A DNA stretch of 64,000 nucleotides from the human T2T-CHM13v2.0 reference genome, Homo sapiens: NCBI RefSeq assembly GCF_009914755.1, contig NC_060926.1. One strand, 5' to 3'. The notes beneath the pieces were generated by a model. It saw only the letters and a list, made by a program, of their open reading frames with translations, had not been told where the DNA came from and searched no databases. The position numbers and the translations under genes were made by a program. How positions within the stretch are numbered: position 1 is the first letter of the stretch; each line of letters opens with the position of its first letter. Shown here in pieces: positions 1 to 14,186 of the stretch.

Positions 1-360
1 TTTACCTAAAAAAGCAGCCATCTGTGCCCTGAGGCAGACATGGCAGAATGTGCTTACTCAACACCTGACCCCCGACTCCTGACCCCTCAAAACACACACT
101 GGGAGCTTAGAGCCTGCCCCCAGGCTGCCTCTCCCCACCCTTTACTCCTCAAAATACATACTGAGAGGGAAGGGGATGCCTGCAGCTGGTCCAAACTGCT
201 TCTCTTGGACTAAGATATATTTACCCGGGGGTGTCAACAGCGTGGGAGTGGAGAGAGCAGGCAAAGGGGAGCAGGGAGGTCCTATGGCCTTGCAGAGGAC
301 AAAACCACAAATCCCTGGCAAGTGACCTGGGTTTTAAGACCAAATGAAGCAAGGCATTTA

Positions 361-511
361 TATTTTTACATTTTTAATGGACAAATAGTAATTGTGTATC
401 TTTATGGGGTACAATGTGATGTCACAATATATGTATACACTGTAGAATGATTAAATCCAGCTACTCAGCACACACATCATCTCACATACTTAGCATTTAT
501 TTATGGTGCAG
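361..511 (-). mobile_element. Old L1MA-type 3' end fragment inserted into a MIR
   Basis: Antisense L1MA 3'UTR text (tttatggggtacaatgtgat...catcatctcacatactt). Flanked by gcaaggcattta (349-360) and gcaaggcgttta (512-523). MIR core aacctcagttttgtcatccataaaatagg resumes after it. Confidence 0.75.
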
Positions 512-567
512 GCAAGGCGTTTAACCTCAGTTTTGTCATCCATAAAATAGGAATAAAAATAGCTATC

Positions 568-841
568 GTGAATAGTGCCGCAATAAACATATGTGTGCAT
601 GTGTCTTTATAGCAGCATGCTTTTTAGTCCTTTGGGTATATACCCAGTAATGGGATGGCCGGGTCAAATGGTATTTCTAGTTCTAGATCCCTGAGGAGTC
701 GCCACACTGACAGCATGGCACATGTATACATATGTAACTAACCTGCACATTGTGCACATGTACCCTAAAACTTAAAGTATAATAATAATTAAAAAAAGGA
801 AAAAGAAAAAAAAGAAAATAAACAATAAACAATAGTGAAAA
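568..841 (+). mobile_element. Short 5'-inverted (twin-primed) young L1PA insertion
   Basis: 568-711 is antisense L1 ORF2 end; 712 onward is the sense L1 3' terminus (agcatggcacatgtatac...cttaaagtataataata) plus A-rich tail. TSD aaaaatagctatc (555-567) / aaaaatagctgtc (842-854). Confidence 0.9.
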
Positions 842-1896
842 AAAAATAGCTGTCACACAGGACAGTTGGGTTTCTCCTCCCTTCCTCACACTCCAAGCAG
901 TGCCTGGCAGAGGGAAATAATTTGATCCACATTTAGTGAGTAAACTTCACATTTTGTCCAGAGCCAGGTTGAAGCCCACAGATAAAATCTCGTTATCTTC
1001 CCCTGGAGGCTCTCTCTCTAAAGCTGAAAGATGAATCCAGGGTACATCAGTTGGGATTTTACCTAGGTCTGTAGCTCCTGTGTCATCCTTTTCTCTTTTG
1101 TAGATCTCAGGCCTCCCAGCAGAAGCCTGTGTTTTCCAAAACAGAAGACAGATGAAAAGACCCGCAGGCTACAAAGAGGGCAGATGCTGCCCTTCTGAGA
1201 GAACGGCCTCCTCTCGCGTCTACGGAGCCCACAGTTCTCATTGTTCTGGATGTGGGGTAGAAGATTCCTGTGTGGTATAAATGTGCCATCTCACATCAGT
1301 CACAGGATAAATGTGGGCTCTCAAGTGCCAGATTTTATCTAAGGGACAAAAATGAGAGGAAGAGAGGAAGAGGGAGAGAAAGCTCCAGCCTCCCCCCTGC
1401 CAAAGCCTCAAGAATCAGCAATTTTTGCCTTTTGCCATTTGATTGACTTTAAGTCACCATTTAGAAGGGAAAACAGAACATCAACAGGAAAACCTTGAAC
1501 CACCTGTAACCCTTCATCTGGAGCTAAAAATGAATTTTATTTCACTCTCTCACAGCAGCCTGCAGGTAGAAGCAAGGTCTCTACTTCAAAGGGACTGAAG
1601 GAAAGATGGGGTGATTCTTCAGAAAGCCCCACACAACCAGGCAGGGCTCCATTCAATAATATAACTGCAGGAAGAGATATACTCTTGTTCTCTGGCTGGA
1701 CCTCATGGTGATATGGTTGTTAGTAATGAAAAAGCAATAGTCCTGCTAATTTCCTTTAATTCAACTCACCTGTTTTCCTAGTAACTAAAGCCACAGATAA
1801 TTATCTCCTTTGCCTGGAAAGCTCCTATTTCCCCTCCACCTTCCTTTGAAGTCTTCCCTAACTCTGGTTCCACTGTGCTCCCAAACCAGTAATGGG

Positions 1897-2512
1897 GCAC
1901 TGCTCAATGAAAATATAATGTTAGCCACAAGTAATTTTGAATTTTCTTGTAACTACATTTTAAAAAGAACAAAGAATCAGATGAACCTAATTTTAATACT
2001 ACATTTTATTTAACTCAATATATCCAAAGTACTATCAATTTAATATGTAATCAACATTTTTAAATATTAATATTTTAGGCCAGGTGTGGTGGCTCGTGCC
2101 TGTAATCCCAGTGCTTTGGGAGGCCAAGGCAGGAGGATTACTTGAGCCCTGGAGTTAGAGACCAGCCTGGGCAACATAGCAAGACCCCATCATTACCAAA
2201 AAATTGAAAAATAAATTAGCTGTGCATGGTGGCATTCGTCTGTGATCCCAGCTAGTCAAGAGGCTGAGGCAGGAGGATCTTGAGCCCAGGAGTTCAAGAT
2301 TATAGTGAGCTATGATCGTGCCACTGCATTACAGCCTGGAGGACAGAGTGAGACCCTGTCTCTTAATATATATTTTACATTCTTTTTTTTCATTCTAAGA
2401 CTTCAGAGTACAGTGCGTGTTTTACACTTGGAGCACATCTCAGTTCAGACTAGGCACATTTCCAGCACTCAGTAGCCACATGTGGCTAGAGGCTGCTGAA
2501 TGACAGCACTGC
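1897..2512 (+). mobile_element. MER33 (hAT-Charlie) split by an Alu
   Basis: gaaatataatgttagccaca...tttatttaactcaatatatccaaa and tattttacattctttttttt...cacatttccagcactcagtagccacatgtggctag match the recalled MER33 consensus on both sides of the Alu. Confidence 0.8.
2078..2363 (+). mobile_element. AluJ, dimeric, no A-tail
   Basis: J-type diagnostics (ggaggattacttgagccc, gggcaacatagcaagacccc, gagctatgatcgtgcc, gagaccctgtctc). Confidence 0.9.
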
Positions 2513-3185
2513 CCTAATAGAACACTTAGCACATTTTTCTGAAATGCTTTGTTTACAAGTTCATCTGCCCTATTACAGTGGAGCTCCTTAAGAACAGAAC
2601 CATTAACAGTGATCAATTCATTGCAGTTACATCATAACTCTATGTAGAATGATAGACCAGAGTAATTCATAAATCAATGTCACTACTAACCACAGATAGA
2701 AGAGGAGAGAAAGGGAATGTATTTGGCATTAAGGATTTTAAGTTAGAAGCACTATGAGACCCTTGCAGTATGATGCTCAGAAATAAGTCAGAGATAGAGA
2801 TGGGAGATCAGAAAAGGAACAGGATGAAAAATAAAGGTTAGGGAGGCATGGTTTGGGAAGGTTACTTTCACCATAGAAAGCACAAACACTCATCCACGCA
2901 TTTCACATAAAAATGCTGTGGGCCACCTCTGTGGAAAATCATAATATGTATCATGAGAAATTAACCTCAGCATGCAGATGCACTGCTTCCCTCCTGTAGT
3001 TAATTACTTGGGGCAGGTCCTGGACAAGCCTGGGATATGGGTGAGATTCATGTGCAATGTCCTTCTATACAGCAGGGTTCTCCCCCTCTGAGTAGAAGTC
3101 CTCCCTCTTCCTCTCACCCCACTCCCACAATGGTCAATACCCTCAACAGAAAAACAAGTCTCTGGCAGACTCTCTCACATTACGG

Positions 3186-3351
3186 CAGAGCTTCTCAAAC
3201 ATTAATGTGCATATGTACCCGGGGACCTTGTTAAAATGTAGATTCTGACTGAGTAGGTCTGGGGTGAAGACTAAGATTCTACTTTTTAAGATGTTCCAGG
3301 AGATGCTGATGCTGCTGGGCCATGGGCCACACTTTGAGTAGCAGGGCACTG
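3186..3351. mobile_element. MER5A/B hAT-Charlie MITE
   Basis: cttctcaaac...cttgttaaaatgtagattctgactgagtaggtctggggt...ccacactttgagtagca. Confidence 0.8.
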
Positions 3352-3559
3352 GGGGTTAAAGACCTATGTAAAGCTTTATCCAGCCTTAGGTTTTAAGAAG
3401 AGAATCCCAGAGAGAGCACTTTAGCCCACAGGAATACAAGAAATGATAGCATTTAAGTGATCAGATGGGACTCATGAGACATAAAATGTCCCCCGAATTC
3501 TGCAAAAAAAATACTACAGAAGCATTTCTGTTTATAGGTAAGGCCGTCTCATTAGTAAG

Positions 3560-3810
3560 CAGCACTTGTGGAATATTACAAATCATGCTGGAATCGAGGT
3601 TGAATTTGAATCCCCATCTGTTATACTTATTAGCCATTACCAGCCATGTGATGTTATGATTTATCACTTCGCTTCTATAAATCTAAGTTTCCTTATCTAT
3701 AAAATAGGTATAATATCACAGAGGTTCTTTGAGTCTCAAACAAAATAGCATATGTGACATTACCTGGTATAGTACCTGACATATGTCTGAGTCTCAACAA
3801 ATGCTTAGTA
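3560..3810 (+). mobile_element. MIR
   Basis: Core agtttccttatctataaaataggtataata and 3' tagtacctgacata...ctcaacaaatgc. Confidence 0.7.
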
Positions 3811-4474
3811 AATCTTAAGCAAAATATTTTCCAGTTACCTCTGTGAAGACAGCACTGGCATAAAATTGGTGGAGTATGAAAACAATTTTTAAGATGATAC
3901 ATATCTGCTTTTAAGTTGATCCAACCTTAGAGTTAGAATATTTGTCTTGAACTAAGTGTATCCACCTGTATAAAAGCAATGCAAACACATTTCAAGCAGA
4001 TGCCTCAGGGAGCAGGCATAATTTCATCTTTACCTGTTTTTATATTTCTTTACTGTTGCCATGAGAGCATTTTAATAACCTCCGTGGAGTTGAAAGTGAT
4101 GCAGGTAATTGCCATAAGTAATTGAAGGGCTATTAAAGCTAACAAACCTCTTCTGTGGAATACCTTGTTAAGCAGTGATCAGCAGAAAACACATAATCAT
4201 CATGCACACTGTAAATTCAAGCCCCTTTTCCAGTTAAACTGAAGGGGGAATGTAGCCACATTACACATAAGAAGGGTGCAGATATTAAAGCCTTTCCTGT
4301 TCAGGTCTTGGGGTAGCTCAAGCCACAGATGCCCTGGCAATCTAATGAGACCCACTCCCTTCAGAAAAGGCAACTCCATCTCTGCTATAACTTCCCATCA
4401 CCTAAACTGGCTGCTGATGTTTCCATGCATGCTTCTTAAGATATAAATCAAAGCATGTTTTAGCACAAAGCCCC

Positions 4475-4630
4475 AAAGTCCTGGGTTCTAGCCTTGGATC
4501 AGCGAATTGCTAGCTGTGTGACCTACAGCGATTCTTTTCACCTCTCTAGGCATGAACTGCTGCAGCTACAAAATGAAAAGAATTTATTGTGTGTCCTCAA
4601 AGATCTCTTTCAGCTCTATAATCCTTTGAT
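4475..4630 (+). mobile_element. MIR3-like
   Basis: cctgggttctagcc...ctagctgtgtgacct...ctctttcagctctataatcctttgat. Confidence 0.65.
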
Positions 4631-4974
4631 CCTAAACAAATTCTATAGTTAGAAGCACTTTTTCTGACTATTTTAACTATCAAAAATATAACCATGAATC
4701 AAAAATAGGGTGCAAAGAAAGGAAAGAGAAAGATCCATGAAAAGCATAGGTCAATATTGCAAAGTCCACACGTTAAGCTTCCCAGAACCTCATAAGTCTG
4801 TACTCAGCATGAAGTTATTCTTCCTTCATATGCTGGCCTAATGAATTTGATTTCCTTTTTCACAAGGCTCACAACACAGTAGAAGAGGCAAAAAAAAAAA
4901 AAAAGGCAAGAATACTGACAATAATAAGTAAAAGGCCATAGGAAAAAAAAAAAAAACAGATAGAAAACTTCGAA

Positions 4975-5061
4975 AAGGCAGGGACTTTTTCTGGTTCACT
5001 GCTACATACCCAGTGTCAGGCACATAGTATGTGCACAAAACATGTTGGGTGAATGAATGAA
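4975..5061 (+). mobile_element. L2 3' end
   Basis: aggcagggact...ttcactgct...ggcacatagt...gttgggtgaatgaatgaa. Confidence 0.75.
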
Positions 5062-5239
5062 AACAATACTTACAGAAAGCAGATAAAATTTGTGTAAGTA
5101 CAGTGATCTGGGAGAGGCTCCTAATGATTGTTTCACATGCTGCAATTAATATTCATGCGGGTGGCTAAGACTCAGCAAGGAAAATTTAAGCTATGCTCAG
5201 CAAGCTCTCATTTAGATGAAAAATTACTATTTCTGGTTA

Positions 5240-7830
<2,591 letters not shown>

Positions 7831-8724
7831 ACTTTAAAAATGAAGTCAGATATCATAAAGAGCCTAATAATTGCATGATGCAATCAAGTTAGAATGACTC
7901 TAGTGTGGGGATTATGGAAAACTGACCAGATCAGCAAAGTTGAGGGTGACCTGAGACACCATCAAAGTCCAAGAGGTCTTGTCCAAAGGGATGAGGCAAG
8001 ATGCAATGAAAATAATCTGAGTTTTGTGCTTCTTGACATCAGGTAAGAGCACAAGTTTTTAATTCAGGGGCCCTAAATACGTCAAGAATTGAAGCAGGCC
8101 TCTGTCTTAAGAAAAATGGCCACGGAGAGTCATGGATTGGCCTCCAGTTCTGGAGACAATAGTTAGTCATTCAGGTCAGTCTCCGAAGTCTCTAATGGGG
8201 TAACTGAGCAGGAGGCACAAAGAAAAAAGGCCAAGAACAGCTACTGTCCAGGCACAAGATAGTATCAGCCTGGGAAGCAACAGCTCAGTGATTATGAAGG
8301 CATCCAAAGGCTTAAATCCAAACAACTGTAGCTGCAAACTCGGATTACAATTTCCACAGTGGCAGGGACTACATATGCACACCCAGGTCCACAGTCATTG
8401 GTCCTGAGCCTATGCAGGGTTGGGTCTGCAGATGGCAGACAACACCGGAGACAGAGAAAATGGAGCTGGCACAGGAAGTGACCTACAGAAGAAAAATATC
8501 TAACGCAGGCCAAAAAGAGTCCCTTCAAAATGGTTAAGTTTTATGCTAAGCTTTGGTACTTAAAACTTCCATTACATGAAATATTCACTTATGTAGAACA
8601 GCTCATTCCCCAGTAATATGAGATTAATGAGGCATCACTGTGCATAAAAACTACCGAACTGGCTCAGATCAATGGTCTGTCTTGTCCAGTATTTTGCCTT
8701 TTAAAGGACTTAAAAGAATATGCA

Positions 8725-8900
8725 ATTTGGAGACAGAAGTATCTGGATTTGGGGCTTGTTTCTACCACTTTGAACTGCAAGACCAAGTTATTTATCTACT
8801 CCCAGCCTCAATGTACTCATCTGTAAGACCGCACTAATAATACCTTCTTCTTGGTGATATTGTGAAAATTCAACCAGATGCTATCTTTAAAAATACTTTA
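8725..8900 (+). mobile_element. MIR
   Basis: agcctcaatgtactcatctgtaagac...ataatacc...ttgtgaaaatt. Confidence 0.65.
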
Positions 8901-9584
8901 TAGACTGTTCTGCAGTCTAAGTATGTGAATTAATGTAGCGGAATGATGTGCGAAAGCTTGCTTTTCATATGTATCCTGAAGATCATTCATCTCTTTTAAG
9001 AAATTCAATTGTTGACTTTTGTAGGAATGTATCTTTAAAAAATCCCAAAGCTGTGAATAATTTGGGGTCTCTGACTTTCAGAGGAAATCTTAGCATATTC
9101 AACTTCAAAAAAAATTAGCAGGGAAGTTAACTGAAATCTTGTGGTGAACAAAGTTAGGTCACAGAATCTAATGCCTTCCTGTGTCATCTCACTTCTTCAC
9201 CCTTATATCTGAATCCTCCCCAGACCTGGGCTCTCTGCTTACTCGTGCTCTTAGCAAAGACCTCATGAACTGGGGTATTGTGCATGGGTCAGAGGCTTAA
9301 TGGGGGCTAGAAGGAATTGTTGGGCTAAGTTAAATGGTTCTTCTTCATTACACATTCAATGAAACACTTTCTGGAAGGTCACATGAAGCCTAGGCCTTCT
9401 CACACTTCTCCAGATGGTGGTCTGCTGTGTCAGTCAGGCAGCTGACTGAGCAGATTCTGCTGTTTGGAGCTCATCACAGGATGGGGATTCTGAAGGTACA
9501 GGTTAGAAAGTGGGGAGCATTCAGCAATGTTTTGGTTAACAGTCTAATTTAAATTTTCACTTTTTTCTGCCTCTGTTAAAACAC

Positions 9585-9735
9585 CATGGTAAAGTGGAAA
9601 AAGCACCCTAGTAGAAGCAGAGTTGAGTAAAGAGTCTGTCCTAACGCTGTCTTTGTTACCAGCCATGAGACTTTGGACAAACTACTTTTCCTCTGTGGGC
9701 CTCAGTTAGTACAAACGGTAAGTTTGGACTAGATC
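9585..9735 (+). mobile_element. MIR3-like
   Basis: gactttggacaaactacttttcctctgtgggcctcagtt...ttggactagat. Confidence 0.6.
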
Positions 9736-10159
9736 GCAGTTTTTAAATATGCCTTGCAGATTCTGGATTCCCCAGTGATACTTTGGGTCACATCTGGAAA
9801 GGTGGAGAAGAGAACAGTAAGGGCATGGAGGTAAAGGAGTGTGAGTCCATCCTCCAGATCCCATGTAAGAAGAACAGATTTATCACTCTCTATCTATTTC
9901 ACACTAAGATTTTTGAAGGCAACACTCCCTGGATAAGACAACATTTGAAAACCACTGGATCATAGGTCCCCAATATTCCTTCCAATCCAATAGTTCTCTG
10001 ACAAGCTAACATTCTCTGGCACTGGAGACATGAAATACACCACACAAGAAGATAAATTCTGGTCTTGGAAGTATAAGCTTCCAAGATGTGTCAAAACTTG
10101 CACACCTAGGGTAGCAATCCTGGCTGGAACTGTCTCATACATCTCCAAGAAAATAAATC

Positions 10160-10455
10160 TGTACTCAATAAGCATTTATTATTGCATAAACCATCATAAT
10201 GTGCTAATGGGAAAAGATACAGCCTGCCCTTGTAGGGTTTGTACTATTAAAGAGGTGAGATTGAAACACCCAGAACAATTCCAGCTCAAATTGCCCCTCT
10301 CCCAAACAAAGAATATAAGTAAGTGACACTACCATACACAAACTCTGAATGTGTTTGCATGTAACAGTAGGGGAAAGCATAGGAGAAAATGGTTCAAGCA
10401 GTGAGAAAAGTCTTTATGGAAGAGGAAACAGTTGAGCTAAGCCTTGAAGAAAACA
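10160..10455 (-). mobile_element. L2 fragment
   Basis: ctcaataagcatttatt...cctgccct...ggaagaggaaacagttgagctaagccttgaaga. Confidence 0.55.
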
Positions 10456-10708
10456 TCTGAAGTCCAAGAACTAACCACTAGTTCTCAGACCCTTACAGGT
10501 TTCTAACTCTTTAAAGGTTTCTAACTCTGTAAACTTCAGTTTAGAAATGAGATCAGTGTTAACTAATCTTGCTGACCTGAAAAATATATTTTACAGCTGA
10601 ACAGAGTTTCCTTCCCTCTGAAAAGCCTACATCCTTTAAACTTTATTCCTAAAAAGGTTTGAAAAGGGTTCTATGGCAAAGAGACACAAGCTTTATTAAC
10701 CAATTATT

Positions 10709-10851
10709 GGCTACAGGGGTGCTTACATCATCACAACCCCCAGTTCCAGGTGGCTCAGCAGAGAGAGGGACTCCATCTGTTTGGGAGAAAGTAAGGAAAA
10801 AGACAAGAGTTCCTGCCTGGTAATCCAGATAATTCTTCCAGATTTTACCAA
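10709..10851 (+). mobile_element. Isolated internal L1MA 5'UTR fragment
   Basis: Colinear with 12233-12376 of the downstream L1 (acaggggtgcttacatca...aattcttccagat...ccaa). Confidence 0.85.
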
Positions 10852-10949
10852 TGATTCATATAAGTTATACCAGAAGAGGTGTAAATATTAGCAAAAGTAA
10901 GGTGTGTCTTACATATTTTCTTACCAAGGAATCTGAAAGACCTGATTTT

Positions 10950-11974
10950 TGGACAGGATAAAACTGTGATTTTATACAGAACCTTCATTCACACCAAAAA
11001 CAGCATACAAGTGTTAACCTCACTCACAAACACCATAAATAGAACAGGGCTTGCACTACTGAGGATGTGAGATTGAAACACACAGAACAATTGTGGCACA
11101 ACACAAGAACAGCTGAAGGGCTGAAGCCATGGATATATTGGGCTTGGGAGAGATAACGGTCCCCAAAGATGTTGGTATATCAAAGCCAGGCCCCTGGAGT
11201 AAAACTGGAGGTGGGTTTGGCATCTCTGTCTGTTACCTGGAGGGTAACAAGGCTGTGGCCAGTACCATATCCATGACTGTAACATGATGCTGCCTGAGAA
11301 GGCTAGAAGAAGCAGAGGCAGCTACCAGTGAACTCATAAATCTGCAATGTCCCTAAAAGAAAGCTCTAAGCCACCAGTATAACCCTGGTTCTGGAGCTTT
11401 GAGACGAGTGGAGGAAGCGACAGGGATGGGCACAACAAGAAAAAGGTCATATATATAAATATCCACCCCCTTAAACTCACAAACTAAAATTTCAAATCAC
11501 ATCAGCAAAACTAATGTCAGAAAAGATAGTCAACAAACTGAACAAATAACAGAGTTCCCTTTTGTAAGATTGTAAGAAATAATGCATGCTTCTGTAAAAG
11601 ATGACTTTAAAATAGTATAAATCCTCAATGAGATAAAGAAATGACTAATATCCATATACCAAGAAAAATAAATTCTGCAACAAAAACAAGCAATTATGAA
11701 TCAAGAACAGTTTAAGATTTTTAAAAGAACCCATCAGAAATACCAAAAATTATACCATAATTACTGAAGTAAAATAATCTTAGTAGGAAAGGATAAGTAA
11801 ATGAGAAGAAAGTATTAAGATAAATTAGAACATATCAAGTAGAAAACATTTTTTAAAAAATATGTAAATTAGAAGTTATATACATAGGAAAATAGGCTAC
11901 CAACAACCCACATATGGCCAAAACATGTTGCAGAATAAGAGGCCAGAAGAAAGAGGTGGAGAGTCAAGATTGAT
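10950..11974 (+). mobile_element. Ancient L1M/HAL1-like 5' and ORF1 remnant
   Basis: A-rich decayed ORF1-like text (gactttaaaatagtataaatcctcaatgagataaag...aaaagaacccatcagaaat). Confidence 0.45.
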
Positions 11975-12956
11975 AGAGTTAATGAGGGAGAGGGAGCAAA
12001 GCAAGATGGAGGAATAGAAGCCTGTAACATTTGTCACCCCTCCATGCTGGAATACCAAATTTAAACAACTATCTGCATACAGAAAAGCACCATCTCAAGA
12101 ACCAAAAATCAGACAGAGTCACTGGACACACCTGGGACCTGGGGATACTCACTTCCCTGAAAGGAAGAGCCTTAGGCAAGGCCCAATGCTATGCTGGTTT
12201 CAGGTCTGACCAAGCACAATCCCACTGGTGGTGGCCACAGGGGTGCTTACATCACCACACCCCCAGTTTCAGGTGGCTCAGCACAGAGAGAGAAACTGTT
12301 CATTTGGGAGACAGTAATGGAAAAGAACAAGAGTCCCTGCTTGGCAATACAGAGAATTCTTCCAGATCTTGTCCAAGATCAACAAGGTGTTACTTTGGTG
12401 CAAAACCATACCATTATTGAGCTTGGAGCCCAAGTCCCTTCAAATAACAGGAAAGCCTTCCCAAGAAGGACAGGCACAAACAAAGCAAGACTGTGAATAC
12501 AACAATAAATACCTAACTCTTCAATGGCCAGACACTGACAAATATCTACAAGCATCAACCCAATCCAGGAAAACATGACCTCAGCAAATGAACTAAATAA
12601 GGCACCAGGAACCAGTCCTGGAAAAACAGATATATGACCTTTCGGACAGAGAATTAAAGATAACTGTGTTGAGGAAACTCAAAGAAATTCAAGCTAATAT
12701 GGAGAAAAAATTCAGAATTCTATCAGATAATTTTCACAAAGACATCAAAATAATTAAAAAGAATCAAGGAGAAATTTTAAAGTTGAAAAAGGCAAATGAC
12801 AGTGAAGAATGCATCAGAGTCTCTTAATAGCAGAATTGATCAAGCAGAAATAATTGGTGAGCTTGAAGAGAAGCAAATTCAAAATACACAGAGGAGACAA
12901 AAGAAAAAAGAATAAAAAACAATAAAGCATGCCTATAAGATCTAGAAAATAGCCTC

Positions 12957-13128
12957 AGAATTGTCTAGCTCTGTGTCCCCACCCAAATCTTATCTTGAAT
13001 TGCAATCTGAATTGTAATCAGGAACTGCATGCAGCCATGCAGAACTGTGAATCAATTAAGCCTCTCTCCTTTAAAAATTATTTAGTCTTGGGTGGTTCTT
13101 TATAACATTATGAGAATGGACTAATACA
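12957..13128 (+). mobile_element. Internally deleted THE1D-like solo LTR in L1MA2 ORF1
   Basis: ctctgtgtccccacccaaatct...cagccatgcagaactgtgaatcaattaa...ggactaataca; 5-bp TSD gcctc (12952-12956 / 13129-13133). Confidence 0.85.
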
Positions 13129-14096
13129 GCCTCAAAGGAAAAAATCTAAGAGTTATTGGCCTTAAAGAGGAGGTAGAGAAAGAGATAAGGGTTGAAAATT
13201 TATTCAAAGGGATAATATCAGAGAACTTCCCAAATCTAGAGAAAGGTTTATTTTATCAATATTTAAGTACAATAAAGTTATAAAACACCAAGCAGATTTA
13301 ACCCAAAGATGACTACCTCAAGACATTTAATAAGCAAACTCCCAAAGGTCAAGGATAAAGAAGGATCCTAAAAGCAGCAACAGTGAAGAAACGAATAACA
13401 TACAACTGAGCTCCGATACATCTGACAGCAGCTTTTCAAGGGAAACCTTACTGGTCAGGAGAGAATGGCATGACATACTTAAAGTGCTAAAGGGAAAAAA
13501 ACTGTTACCCTAGAATAGCATATCTACCAAAAATATTATTTAAGCATGAAGGAAAAACAAAGCCCTTCCCAGAAAAACAAAAGCTGAGGGATTTTATCAA
13601 CACCAAACCTGTCCTACAAGAAATGCTAAAGGACATTCTTCAATTTAAAAGAAAAGGATGTTAAGGAGCAGAAGAAATCATCTGAAGGTATAAAACTCAC
13701 AGGTAATAGTAAGCACACAGAAAAACACAGAATAGTATGACACTGTAATTATAGTGTGTAAACTACACTTAAGTAGAAAGACGAAATGACAAAAAAATAA
13801 AAAATAACAACAACTTTTAAAAACATAGACCGTACAATAAGACATAAAGAAATATAACAAAAAGTTAAAAAGTGGGAGGACAAAGTTAAAGTGCAAAGTT
13901 TTTCTTTTCTCTTGGCATGTTTGTTTATACAATGACTGTTAAGTTGTCATCAGTTTAAAATAATGGGTTACAAGATAGTATTTACAAGCCTCATAATAAT
14001 AACTTTAAATTAAAAAACATACAACAGATGCACACACACACAAAAATGAAAAGCAAGAAATGAAAGTATACCACCAGAGAAAATCACTTTCATTTA

Positions 14097-14186
14097 AAAG
14101 AAGAAGGAAGGAAAGAAGGAAGGGAAGGGAAGGGAAGGGGAAAATGAAGGAAAGGAAGGAAAGGAATGAAGGAAGAAAAGAAGAAA
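14097..14186 (+). repeat. (GGAA)n-rich simple repeat
   Basis: gaaggaaggaaagaaggaagggaagggaaggg... Confidence 0.9.

Noticed and set aside
75-170. Short imperfect repeat cctcaaaacacacactgggag / cctcaaaatacatactgagag
   Set aside because: Two ~21-bp degenerate copies only, with no array or spacer structure.
9737-9957. Possible hAT MITE (cagttttt...tttgaaaaccactg)
   Set aside because: Ends are suggestive but too degenerate to name a family.
10497-10532. 18-bp tandem duplication aggtttctaactct(t/g)taa
   Set aside because: Ordinary slippage; similar micro-duplications occur near 36068 and 61935.
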